Sequence record: NZ_CP044414.1
DNA: 44,285 nt
Strand: one strand, 5' to 3'
Source: a plasmid
Shown here: positions 1 to 10,474 of the stretch, piece after piece
Numbering within the stretch: position 1 is the stretch's first letter
Layout: each line of letters starts with the position of its first letter
Notes under the pieces: generated by a model
The model's input: only the letters and a program-made list of their open reading frames with translations
Database searches by the model: none
What the model was told of the DNA's origin: nothing
Translations under genes and position numbers: made by a program

Positions 1-1149
1 CACGAAGAAAGATAGCAGGGAGCCCTTTTGTAGCACTTCTAGCAGCTAGAAAGGCTGACAAAATACAAATTAAAATAACACCTAAAACGACAAAGACCGC
101 GCTATATGTGTAGGAGATATTCCAATGGGGGATAGAGAACATTTGTTGTTGACTCTTCAAAACGAACCATGAAATGGTAGGTGAAATTATTAAGCCTGTT
201 AGAGATCCTAATCCTCCTACGAATAAACCAAAACTAGCATAATGAAGCCCAACTCGAAGGTTAGAGAAACCAAGGGCTTTGAAGGTTGCGATTATATCAT
301 ACTGGCTTTTAATCAGTCTTTGTATGGTGGTATACATTGCTAGTATAGCTAATAGAATGAAAATAAACGAGAATAAGTAGGAAAGATTACGAATCTGTCC
401 AACACGATCTAGTGCATTTGAAACATCTGGAAGAGTTGACCGAGAGTTAAATGATACTAATCTTTTTCCAAAAATTGTTTCAGTTGCCTTGCGCATATTG
501 TGATGATTTCCTTTGATTTCTACAATATTATAAGGAACTTGGTAATTCAATTGTGCTTTTAACGCACGTGGGGAAACGTAAGCATAGCCGTAGTTGGAAT
601 AGTTAGGAGCAATAAATTCCTGTGTACCTGTAAAATAAATACGAGTGGGATTTTGAATTATTCCTTTGACTTGAAAAGTACGGTTCGCTTATTTACGGAG
701 AATTTCAACGTATCATTTATAGCTAAATGATGATGTTGAGCGTACTCTTTGTTAATCCAAATTCCATTTACACTTTGATTATTGTACTTTTTTCCTTTAA
801 TGACATAAGATTGCGAAATAGGATGCTCATAGGCATCAATAATCACATAATGTTTATTTTGCTTTACTTGAAGCCTTGTACCACGTTGAGCGTTCGAAAC
901 TCCGAAAGACTATTTTATTTTTTTTAAGTCGGTATTAGTAACAGAACTACTTTGCGTCCAGTAATTAGCTAATGTTGATTTATTAATAAAGCTACCTACA
1001 CTGTCCTGTAGGCCGTGCCAAGCTCCCTGAAGTCCGACAAAAACAACAATAGACAACAAAGCCATTAGGAAAACTGAGAAAAATTGTGCCCAGTTATTTT
1101 TAACATCACGTAGTAGTTTTTTATTTAAAATTTCATTTATCCTGTTCAC
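1..1149 (-). pseudogene. FtsX-family ABC transporter permease (MacB/bacteriocin-ABC type), disrupted
   Basis: The N-terminal 79 aa (910..1149, GTG start overlapping the upstream ATPase end) reads as a TM1 helix followed by an extracellular domain. The continuation lies in two other frames (658..846 and 1..657) with stops. The C-terminal motif ...ILICILSAFLAARSATKG is visible near position 1. Confidence 0.55.
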
Positions 1150-1825
1150 CTACCAGTAATGGCTGTTCATTGTCATTGATTGACTCTATTTCACCATCTT
1201 TTAGTCGAATAATTCGATTGCCATAGCGTTCAAACTCCGGATTATGCGTAACCATAACAACGGCAGTGTCTGTAGTATTAGCAATATTTGTAAAATGCCT
1301 AATATTTCATACTGGTAGTTGAATCTAACGCACCCGTTGGCTCATCACATAATAAAAGCTTAGGCTTTTTTGCTAAAGCTCTAGCAATAGAAACTCTTTG
1401 CATTTCTCCTCCAGATAACTGGTTTGGAAAATTGTTCATTCGTTCTTCAAGTCCAACTGATTTGAGATAGTTTTCGGATAAGTCATCATTGTTATTAAGC
1501 TGTGCTGCAATTGCAACATTTTCTAATGCCGTTAGACTTGGAATTAAATTGTAGAATTGAAAACAAAACCGACCACTTTTCTTCGATATGATGTTAAGTC
1601 ATGATCATTCAATTTATTAACCTGTTGGTCATTAAAACTGATGTCTCCTTTTGTTGGTCGGTCCATACCGCCTAAAATATTTAAAAGGGTACTTTTACCT
1701 GATCCAGATGGTCCTAAAATTACAGTAAGCTGGTGAGGTTCAATTTCAAAGTTAACTTGATTAAGTGCTTTTACAAACTGGGTACCAACGTGGTATTCTT
1801 TGCTGATATTAGAAAATTTAATCAT
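1134..1825 (-). pseudogene. ABC transporter ATP-binding protein, frameshifted
   Basis: The N-terminus 1544..1825 carries Walker A GPSGSGKST. The downstream frames encode [48 protein letters not shown] and VVMVTHNPEFERYGNRIIRLKDG. Uniting them requires a T5 to T4 indel near 1550 and two A4 to A3 indels near 1300. Confidence 0.7.
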
Positions 1826-1922
1826 TAGTTGCTCCTTTCATTAATACTTGGTCATTAATTTAATTTTTTCTTTTAAGGTTGGCTCATGATATTGTTCAAT
1901 AATCCGTTGAGAGACGGCTTCC

Positions 1923-2622
1923 CTATTTTTTCTTAATTTGTTGTTGAGCTAATTCAATAGCTTTATCTATAGACATTGTTTTAGTAAGTCCAAGATGGCT
2001 AATAATAGCCTCTAACCTATCCGGAATAGATCCCTTTACAGGATACGGAGAAAAACCAAGATTTTTGAATGAAGTTATGATTTCTTGGTCTGATAATCTA
2101 CGATATTTTTCTGAAACTGGTCGATGTCCGTCTGGATCCATTTGAAATTCTATTGGTATGAATGACATCTGTATACCAGTTTCTTGCATGCTTGTTTACT
2201 ACAACTCCGTAACTTTCAAGGTATTTATTTACAAAAGGTTTAGAGGTAAAACCGGTAATTCTCTTAGCAATACGATGTGGCAGAGTTGAACCTGGATTAA
2301 TTCCGACTTTCATTCTGACTGTTCCATAAATCCATTCGTTAAGTACAGATCCATCAGAAATAAAGCCATCATATTGAGATAGAGCCTGTTCTTCTGCTCG
2401 AATTCTCTCTTCAAATCTTTTTAATCCTAGAGCCATTAATTCAGTAGCTGTCATATCCTGAAATCTTCTTCCAGGGTATAAATCTGTGAGAATCTCTCGA
2501 GCGGAAAGAGCATTGATCATAGGAATGCCAGTAACAATTGAAAGCGCTGTTGTTGTAGTTGTTTTTCCAGTTGAATAAGTTCCCGAAATAACAATTCGTT
2601 TATTTTTACTTAAGGTTGTCAT
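1923..2622 (-). pseudogene. P-loop NTPase (AAA/NadR-C-terminal-like kinase fold), frameshifted
   Basis: The 174-aa ORF carries ISGTYSTGKTT (Walker A). It continues in another frame from about 2160 as QETGIQMSFIPIEF... (ORF 1923..2189). The frame switch lies at aagCATGcaa. Confidence 0.45.
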
Positions 2623-2631
2623 GTATTCCTC

Positions 2632-3204
2632 CTATTGCGGTAATTGATGCGTAATTTTAGCTTCAAAAAACACTTCGTTATTAATATCAGAGCCTTTTTC
2701 TTTAAGAATCCGCCAACTATTTCCCTTCATTTTAATGATAGAGGCTTTGGTAATTTCACTAATTGTTTTGATAGGATAACTTAATGTAGCTTTTTCATTA
2801 AATGTGGCCGTTACATGCTTCATCCACAAATTATTTGAATATTGGCGAGATATATGATCATAGTTGTATGCCATAATTTCACCAATTTGTGAAAATACAA
2901 TTAACCATTCTAATAGTGATAAATGATCTTGAAGACAGCTTCCTAATCCATGATATGTAGCTTGTGGCTTTCGTTTGCGATTAACGCTGGCCGAAAGTCC
3001 AGAATCACCCAAATAATTAATTTCATTAATATCTAAATGAGTATCTTTTAAATGATTATTTAAGAAGCTGGCAGAGTTAGTGAAATCAGAATTGTTTTGC
3101 TTATAGGTTTCACTTTTTTTGAGTACAATTGATACTTTCATTCCCTCAAGTATGGTTTTAAAAGAAATTGTAGGTTCATCGATAATAAGGTTCATAACCT
3201 CCAT
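2632..3204 (-). CDS. hypothetical protein (190 aa)
   Basis: The ORF starts 10 nt upstream of the ATPase gene start. No family recognised. The upstream fragments 3192..3380 and 3350..3589 may be its frameshifted N-terminal part. Confidence 0.4.
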   Translation of the reverse strand: MEVMNLIIDEPTISFKTILEGMKVSIVLKKSETYKQNNSDFTNSASFLNNHLKDTHLDINEINYLGDSGLSASVNRKRKPQATYHGLGSCLQDHLSLLEWLIVFSQIGEIMAYNYDHISRQYSNNLWMKHVTATFNEKATLSYPIKTISEITKASIIKMKGNSWRILKEKGSDINNEVFFEAKITHQLPQ

Positions 3205-3589
3205 ATCAATATTTTTGATATCTTCAATAGCACTGCGCCCAGCCTTAAAATCAAATTTCTGATAAAATAATTGTCCAAATTTAATGAGGTTATTACTTTT
3301 TCAATCAGTAAGCAACTTAAGGTAATGGCATCTATAGTACTAACATGCGCTACTTGTTGGATTCCATTTTTGTTGACCATTGATCTGTATTAAAATCAAG
3401 ACTGGCTAAAGCAACATAATTTCCTTTAGTGTTTTTTTTCACGTCAGCAATAGCATAAGTTGTATGTTTGTGCCCAGCACCAAAATAGCGAGTCTCATAG
3501 TTCCCTAGAATATCATTAACATCCATAAAAATGTTCCCCCCCTTTAATAATCGATGACACGTCATGCATGACATGTCATCGATTATCAT
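3192..3589 (-). pseudogene. two short overlapping ORFs, possibly a disrupted 5' part of the 2632..3204 gene
   Basis: Contiguous ORFs lie in different frames. The ATG at 3589 sits in a divergent promoter region. Confidence 0.25.
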
Positions 3590-3590
3590 A
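3541..3590. promoter_or_regulatory. 44-bp near-perfect palindrome (operator-like) in a divergent intergenic region
   Basis: taataatcgatgacacgtcatgcatgacatgtcatcgattatca has one mismatch. It lies between the minus-strand ORF start (3589) and the MarR-like gene (3699). Confidence 0.5.
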
Positions 3591-3698
3591 ATATTCTCAA
3601 ATTAAATACATGTCAATTAAATATAATGAAATCTGTACACTTTTCCGGTAAAATGGTTTTAAATAACTAATGGCGTGAGGAGCGTGTGAGATTTTCGT

Positions 3699-4013
3699 AT
3701 GTTAACAGAAAAAAAAGTCGAGCTTTTGAGATTTTTAATTAAAGGAAGTGAACGTGAATCAACCAGCGTATTCAACAGTATGCTTAGTACTTACGGGCTT
3801 ACTACTAATCAAGCGGAAGTGTTATTGATTCTATTTCAATCAGGTCCACTATCATTAAAGGAACTTGGTCAATTATTAATCTGTGAAAAAGGCTCTCCGA
3901 GTCGTTTGGTCCAATCCTTAATTAATAAAGGTTTCGTTGATAAGTTAGTAAATAAGAAAGATCGCAGGAAGAATTCTATCATTAACAGAAAAGGGAAAAC
4001 TATTAGTGCCTGA
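3699..4013 (+). CDS. MarR-family winged-helix transcriptional regulator (C-terminus continues in another frame to about 4121)
   Basis: LTTNQAEVLLILFQSGPLSLKELGQ...SPSRLVQSLINKGFV is a MarR HTH. A frame change at ggg-aaaa-cta extends it as ...PDINEASHRLNLFILQQIDD. Confidence 0.6.
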   Translation: MLTEKKVELLRFLIKGSERESTSVFNSMLSTYGLTTNQAEVLLILFQSGPLSLKELGQLLICEKGSPSRLVQSLINKGFVDKLVNKKDRRKNSIINRKGKTISA

Positions 4014-4489
4014 TATCAATGAAGCCAGTCATCGTTTAAATTTATTTATTTTACAGCAAATCGATGATGCTAGTTCAATAGACCAATTAATAAAAATCTT
4101 TAAAACTTATTAAGCCAGACTGATTCAGGTGCCGAAAATAAAACGCAGATACCCGGAGGAATGGAAAATAGTGATATAACTTTTAAAACATTTTATAGAT
4201 ACAGAAAGCACAAAAGAACCTGAACATGATCTAAAAAAGCGATTAGCCCAGGAACTTAATAAGGGCGTATCAAGACTTGCAACAAAAAGTTCAACAAGCG
4301 ACTGATCCACAACAAAAATCAGAACTAAAAAACCAGTTACATGAGGTGCACCTAGAAATCAGTAAACGAACGCAAAAGCAGTTGCAAGGATTTTGCTAAA
4401 CAAAATCCCAAGATCAAACAACCCGATCCTGAACCTGATCAAAGTCTGAAACGGTAGCCAGTTTGGTTAAGTCATGCTATAATGTAGGT

Positions 4490-4610
4490 AGGAAAAAGGA
4501 AGTCCCGAGTGAACAGGACTTCCCATGTAGAGCCGTTAAAGACGGTGGCAGATTTTAACGACATTTAATAACCGCTAGCTTGCCAGAGCTAAGGCGGTTA
4601 TTTTTTTTGC
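4490..4610 (+). ncRNA. candidate antitoxin sRNA convergent with the Fst-like toxin gene
   Basis: Extended -10 TGcTATAAT at 4475..4483. 5' hairpin ggaagtcc...ggacttcc. Core motif gtagagccgttaaagacgg. Shared terminator stem ataaccgc/gcggttat followed by T8. Confidence 0.4.
4572..4608. terminator. bidirectional intrinsic terminator shared by the convergent sRNA and toxin genes
   Basis: Stem ataaccgc...gcggttat flanked by A-run and T8. The toxin stop codon lies inside the stem. Confidence 0.6.
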
Positions 4611-4702
4611 TGACTTTTGATCAGCTCAACACTTAATGCGATTAAGGCCACGATAAAGGTACCGAAAGCCAGCATTAATTGTAAAGCGTCCGACACGGAC
4701 AC
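4598..4702 (-). CDS. Fst/Ldr-like type I toxin (34 aa, single TM helix plus charged tail)
   Basis: VSVSDALQLMLAFGTFIVALIALSVELIKSQQKK. GTG start 8 nt after AAAGGAG. Not in the ORF track because of its size. Confidence 0.5.
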   Translation of the reverse strand: MSVSDALQLMLAFGTFIVALIALSVELIKSQQKK

Positions 4703-4818
4703 TTAGGCTACTCCTTTCGTTAGGATTTATGGGCTTTAAGGTTTAACACCATAAGCACCACCTTCTTCCAGTTTCGCCACCGCCTTAACTTCTCTACTTA
4801 ATCCATTATACAGAAAAA
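4703..4818. repeat. 116-bp toxin leader and promoter repeat (second copy at 40895..41010)
   Basis: About 70 bp are identical (accaccttcttccagtttcgccaccgccttaacttctctacttaatccattatacagaaaaatt). A TATAAT sits on the minus strand. Confidence 0.7.
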
Positions 4819-4982
4819 TTAAGGGTCTACCAAGTTTAGTAAAAGACAGAAATAGTGCTTATAAAACAAATCCTTTGAAGCAAAAAAATGTCCACTAGAG
4901 TATACCCTATTGGCCTTTTTTATTTCTGTGCTATACTAGGAATTACAAATGTTCATTAGAACTGTCCAAAAGGAGAATTAGA

Positions 4983-5570
4983 ATGGCTAAAATCGGTTAT
5001 GCGCGTGTGAGTTCCAAGGAGCAACATTTAGATCGACAGTTAGCGGCTTTAAAAGACGTTGATAAATTATTTACGGATAAATTAAGTGGGGCAAACACTA
5101 ATCGGCCAGAACTGCAAAAAATGCTGGCCTATATTCGTGAGGGTGATATTGTCCTGGTCACTGAATTAGATCGCTTAGGCAGAAACAACCAGGATTTAAC
5201 TAAGATCATGAACACCATTCAAAATAAGGGGGCCACCTTAGATGTGTTAAATTTGCCGTCCATGACAGGGATTGCTGACCCAAATTTACGTCAACTGATG
5301 ACCAACTTGATTATTGAACTCTATAAGTACCAGGCCGAAAGTGAACGTAAGCGAATCATTGAGCGCCAGCAGCAAGGAATTACCTTAGCTAAGCGGCAGG
5401 GTAAATATCATGGACGCAAACCCCAATACACCCAAGACGATCCCCGCTTACAACACGCTTTTAAACTTTATCAGGCAGGCATGAGTGACATTGATGTGGC
5501 TCGAAATACCGGGATTAAACGGACGACCTTTATTCGATACCGTGTGAAATACGGTATTAAAAGAAAATAG
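4983..5570 (+). CDS. serine recombinase (resolvase/invertase family)
   Basis: MAKIGYARVSSKEQHLDRQ with catalytic Ser context. A C-terminal HTH is present. Confidence 0.85.
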   Translation: MAKIGYARVSSKEQHLDRQLAALKDVDKLFTDKLSGANTNRPELQKMLAYIREGDIVLVTELDRLGRNNQDLTKIMNTIQNKGATLDVLNLPSMTGIADPNLRQLMTNLIIELYKYQAESERKRIIERQQQGITLAKRQGKYHGRKPQYTQDDPRLQHAFKLYQAGMSDIDVARNTGIKRTTFIRYRVKYGIKRK

Positions 5571-5918
5571 GGACCCTATTTTTCTTTACTTATAGTTTTG
5601 GAGGTTGTTTACTAAAGTTTTTTTCTTGGAATCTGATTCCGTGTTTATTAAACTATTCGACGAGATGTCATACAAGAATGACACCCTGACTGTGTATACA
5701 TCATGATCATTTTTCATTTACCCACTTTTTTATTTTATTTAAGAAAAAATGATTAATGTTAAACTTTTTAACAATCTTTTAAATGAATCCATGGTTGTTA
5801 TTGGCTGGTCAATTACTGTAGTAATTGGCTTTTTTTATAAATGTTTTACTTTAATTTCAGGCAGATTGTAAAATTAATCCGAACGCTGTTCGGACAAAAA
5901 AGATCAGCTTCCTTTAAA

Positions 5919-6191
5919 ATGTGTTTACCACAAACCCATCTTTTAGGAGCTGATCTTTTGTCTAGTATAACCTATTTCGAACGAATTAAAATCGAAACCT
6001 TTTGTGAACTAGGGCTGTCCAATATCCAAATGGGCGTTCGGCTGAACCGATCACCGTCAACAATTTCTTATGAATTATCTCGATGTCAACCTTATCAGGC
6101 TGAATTAGCACAAAACAGATGCCGAATACAAGCGATCACGATGTGGGTAAGTGTCAATATTTTTGCGGTAGTCCAAAAACCATTAGTCTGA
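5919..6191 (+). pseudogene. IS30-family transposase N-terminal HTH fragment
   Basis: ERIKIETFCELGLSNIQMGVRLNRSPSTISYELSR is an IS30 HTH. It is truncated with no DDE domain. Confidence 0.55.
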
Positions 6192-6239
6192 CCTTAATTT
6201 CTTAATATTTTATGTGGTTTAACATCCGATCTAATTTAG

Positions 6240-6597
6240 CTAAATAGCTTCCCCCGGCAACCTCTGCTGTTAGTGCTCCGTGTTGAATGCCGACATGAAT
6301 TTCATGGCGACGCTTCAAGCTGCGGCCAAAGAATTGGCAGTAGATAAAATTACTGTTAATGCTTATAATCCAGGAATTGTTCGCACAAAAATGCGAGATG
6401 CAATTGATAAAAAATTGCAAAAATTAAACATGAAACAATAACGCAGCAACAAGCAAATTGTCTCAAAGGAGATAGCGCTTGGTCGTGAAGCAAAACCTAG
6501 CGATGTAGCTGAAGTTGTGGCTTGGTTTGCTTCATCAGATGCTGGGTATGTTACTGGACAATCACTTCAAGTTGATGGTGGAATGAGATTTCATTAA
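6240..6597 (+). pseudogene. short-chain dehydrogenase/reductase C-terminal fragment, frameshifted
   Basis: [25 protein letters not shown]... then, in another frame, VAWFASSDAGYVTGQSLQVDGGM. Confidence 0.55.
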
Positions 6598-6627
6598 AAA
6601 AATATTTAGAATAAATAATCTCTAATA

Positions 6628-6668
6628 ACAATAAAAAATAGTTATTAGAGATTTTTTTGTCAAAAAAG
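6628..6668 (+). terminator. intrinsic terminator
   Basis: atctctaataac...gttattagagat followed by a T-run. Confidence 0.6.
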
Positions 6669-6862
6669 CAAAAAACAACACCTACATTATTTTTGGAAGA
6701 TAAAATAAATTTGAAAATAATTTTGTATTATCAAAACGGCTTAGCCACAATATATTGATTATAAATAACCAAAAAATCCACATGTTGTATTATTGAGCAG
6801 AAGATGCTATATTATGTTCACACAAATATTAGATAAAACAATAAATAATGATAGGAGCAAAT

Positions 6863-7870
6863 ATGAGTTATTATAATCATTCACAGTCACCAGTTGAATT
6901 TGCTTACAATAACAACGGCAAAAATATGCGAGCTATTAACTGGAATGACATTAAAGATGATAAGGATCTTGAGGTTTGGAACAGAGTTACTCAAAACTTT
7001 TGGTTACCTGAAAAAATCCCAGTTTCGAATGATATAAGTTCTTGGAATCAATTATCTGATGACTGGCAACAGCTTATAACTCGCACTTTCACTGGATTGA
7101 CTTTATTAGATACAACTCAATCAAGTGTGGGTGATGTAGCCCAAATTAAAAATTCACAAACTGATATAGAGCAAGCTATCTATGCAAATTTTGCTTTTAT
7201 GGTTGCTGTCCATGCAAGATCATATGGAACTATTTTTTCTACTTTATGTACTAGTGAACAAATTGAAGAAGCGCATGAATGGGTAGTTAATAATGATGCT
7301 TTACAAGCAAGAGCTAAAGCGGTAATTCCGTATTATACAGGCAATGATCCGCTTAAATCAAAGGTTGCCGCAGCAATTATGCCAGGGTTCCTGCTCTATG
7401 GTGGTTTTTATTTACCATTTTATTTAGCTGCAAGAGGTAAATTGCCTAATACTGCTGATATTATTAGATTGATCTTAAGAGATAAGGTTATTCACAATTA
7501 TTATAGTGGTTACAAATATCAATTGGCCGTAAAGAAATTAGCTCCAGCTAAACAAGCAGAAATGAAAAAATTCGTTTTTGATTTCTTAGATAAACTAATT
7601 GATTTGGAAAAGAAATATTTGCACGAGCTTTATGATGATTTTGATTTGGTTGATGATGCAATTCATTTCAGTTTGTATAATGCAGGTAAATTTTTACAAA
7701 ATTTAGGCTATGATTCTCCTTTTACCGCAGAAGAAACTTATATTTCCCCAGAAGTATTCGCTCAATTATCAGCTCAAGCTGATGAAAACCATGATTTCTT
7801 TTCTGGTAATGGTTCTTCATATGTAATGGGAACAGGAGAGGAGACTAAAGATGATGACTGGGATTTCTAA
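6863..7870 (+). CDS. nrdF: ribonucleotide reductase beta subunit NrdF, class Ie-type (Val/Pro/Lys at three metal-ligand Glu positions)
   Basis: [20 protein letters not shown] (V where Glu is expected; His and Tyr retained). [14 protein letters not shown] (P for Glu). [11 protein letters not shown] (K for Glu; His retained). C-terminal DDDWDF tail. Confidence 0.9.
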   Translation: MSYYNHSQSPVEFAYNNNGKNMRAINWNDIKDDKDLEVWNRVTQNFWLPEKIPVSNDISSWNQLSDDWQQLITRTFTGLTLLDTTQSSVGDVAQIKNSQTDIEQAIYANFAFMVAVHARSYGTIFSTLCTSEQIEEAHEWVVNNDALQARAKAVIPYYTGNDPLKSKVAAAIMPGFLLYGGFYLPFYLAARGKLPNTADIIRLILRDKVIHNYYSGYKYQLAVKKLAPAKQAEMKKFVFDFLDKLIDLEKKYLHELYDDFDLVDDAIHFSLYNAGKFLQNLGYDSPFTAEETYISPEVFAQLSAQADENHDFFSGNGSSYVMGTGEETKDDDWDF

Positions 7871-8276
7871 AAAGCCATTAGTTGTCTATTATTCTTCCAC
7901 TTCAAATAATACAGCACGCTTTGTAGAAAAGTTAGATTGTAATTCTATTAGGATTCCTATTAAACTCAGTAAAGAAATTTCAGTTTCTGAAGAATATATT
8001 TTAATTACGCCAACTTATTCTGGTGGCCATGGGACTACAGGTGCTGTGCCTGAGCAAGTTATCCACTTTTTGAACAAATTGGCTAATCGGCAAAAATGTA
8101 TTGGTGTTATTGCTAGTGGAAATACCAATTTTGGTAATTCTTTTGCCTTGGCAGGGGATGTAATTTCTAAGAAATTACATGTTCCTTATCTATATAAATT
8201 TGAGTTACTGGGAACAACTGAAGATGTAAATAATGTTAATAAAATAATTGCTGATGCAGGTGAAGACAATGACTGA
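7851..8276 (+). CDS. nrdI: flavodoxin-like NrdI
   Basis: [21 protein letters not shown]...ITPTYSGG. It overlaps the nrdF end and the nrdE start. Confidence 0.85.
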   Translation: MMTGISKKPLVVYYSSTSNNTARFVEKLDCNSIRIPIKLSKEISVSEEYILITPTYSGGHGTTGAVPEQVIHFLNKLANRQKCIGVIASGNTNFGNSFALAGDVISKKLHVPYLYKFELLGTTEDVNNVNKIIADAGEDND

Positions 8277-10437
8277 TAATCTTAATAATGATTCATATAT
8301 TTCTTTAAATGCACTTGCTAAATTTAAAGATGAAAAAGGAAATTATAATTTTAAAGCTGACAAGGAAGCTACTAAGCAATATCTTGAAAATCATATTGAA
8401 CCAAGAATGAAAAAGTTTGCTTCTTTAGAAGAAAAATTAGCTTATTTAGTTGATAATAATTACTATGATAAAAAAGTTCTAGATTTATATACAGCTAAAT
8501 TTATTAAAGAAATTTTCAAATTAGCTTATGCACAAAATTTTAGCTTTTTGAACTTTATGGGTGCAGCTAAATTCTATAAAGCATATGCCTTAAAAACAAA
8601 CGATAATAAACAATTTTTAGAACGTTTTGAAGATCGGGCTGTTATGAATGCTTTATTTTTAGCTGATGGCAATGAGGAACTGGCCTTGAATTTAGTTAAA
8701 GATATTATTAGTAATCGTTTCCAGCCAGCAACTCCGACTTTCTTGAATGCAGGTAAGAAGAGACGCGGTGAATATATTTCATGTTATTTGCTCAGAGTTG
8801 AAGACAATATGGAATCAATTTCACGAGCAATAAGCACAAGTCTGCAATTATCTAAACGTGGTGGTGGTGTTGCTCTATGCTTAACTAATTTGCGTGAATT
8901 AGGTGCACCTATTAAAAAAATGAAGAATTTATCTAGTGGGATAATTCCTGTAATGAAATTACTAGAAGATTCATTTTCTTATGCCAATCAATTAGGGCAA
9001 AGACAAGGTGCCGGTGCAGTTTATTTAAGTGCCCATCATCCTCAGATTATGCAATTTTTAGATACTAAACGAGAAAACGCTGACGAAAAGGTAAGAATTA
9101 AATCTTTATCACTTGGCGTAGTGATTCCAGATATTACTTTTGAACTAGCCAAAGAAAATAAAAAGATGGCTTTGTTTTCACCATATGATATTAAACGTGA
9201 ATATGGTAAACCAATGTCAGATATTTCAATTACTAAAGAATACCAAAATCTCCTTAATAATCCATGTATTAAAAAGACATTTATCAGTGCTAGAAAATTC
9301 TTCCAAACTATTGCTGAAGTTCAATTTGAATCAGGGTATCCTTATATTATGTATGAAGATACTGTCAATCGAAGAAACCCACAAAAGAAATTGGGGCGGA
9401 TCGTGATGTCTAATTTATGTTCAGAAATTGCTCAGGTTAATACGCCAAGTACCTATAATGAAGACTTAAGTTTTAATAAGACGGGCTACGATGTTTGTTG
9501 TAATTTAGGATCACTTAATATTGCAGCAGCAATGAATAGCGCTGACAAGTTAGGTGGTTTGGTTTCTGATAGTGTTCAAGCGCTTAATCGTGTTGCCAGG
9601 TCTTCAGATTTAGATTGTGCTCCTTCAATTGAAAAGGGAAATAAAGCTAATCGAGCAATCGGTCTAGGAGCAATGAATTTACATGGCTTTTTAGCAACTA
9701 ATCATATTTATTATGATTCACCAGAAGCAGTTGAATTTACAGGAATTTTCTTTTATACAATTACATACCATGCATTTAAAGAATCAAATAAATTAGCTGA
9801 AAAGTATGGTGCTTTTAAAGGATTCAAAGATTCATCATATGCTAGTGGTGATTATTTCAAAAAATTTATTGATGAGGAAGTTTCACCGAAAACAGACAAG
9901 ATTAAAGAAATTGTAGCTAAATATAAATTAGTTATTCCAACTAAAGAAGATTGGGAAGAATTGATTACTAAAATTAAAAAGACAGGTATAGCTAATGCTA
10001 ACTTGTTAGCAGTTGCACCTACTGGATCAATTAGTTATTTATCTTCATGTACACCAAGTTTGCAGCCAGTAGTAGCTCCTGTTGAAACACGCAAAGAGGC
10101 TGATTTGGGTCGAATTTATGTACCAGCTTATAAGATTAATAAAGACAATTATGAGTATTACGAAAAGGGTGCATATGAAGTAGGACCTAATGCTATTATT
10201 GATATTACAGCTGCTGCACAAAAGTATGTTGATCAATCAATTTCGTTAACTTTATTTGTTGAAGATAATGCAACAACAAGAGATTTAAATAAGGCTTATA
10301 TTTATGCCTTTAAAAAGCGATGCAACTCAATTTATTATGTTAGAATAAGAGAAAAAGTTTTAGCTGGTAGTGAGAACTTGACTGCAGACGAATGTTTAAT
10401 TCAAAATGGTGCAGAATGCCAGAAATGTATGATTTAG
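8268..10437 (+). CDS. nrdE: ribonucleotide reductase alpha subunit NrdE
   Basis: [24 protein letters not shown] and a C-terminal CxxC tail. ATG 8268 follows GGTGA. Confidence 0.9.
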
Positions 10438-10474
10438 TTTAATAATAGAAAAGCAGCTAAAGTGTTTATTGATA

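Noticed and set aside
9185-10236. ORFs 9185..9406 and 10045..10236 within nrdE
   Set aside because: Out-of-frame or antisense artefacts in AT-rich coding DNA.
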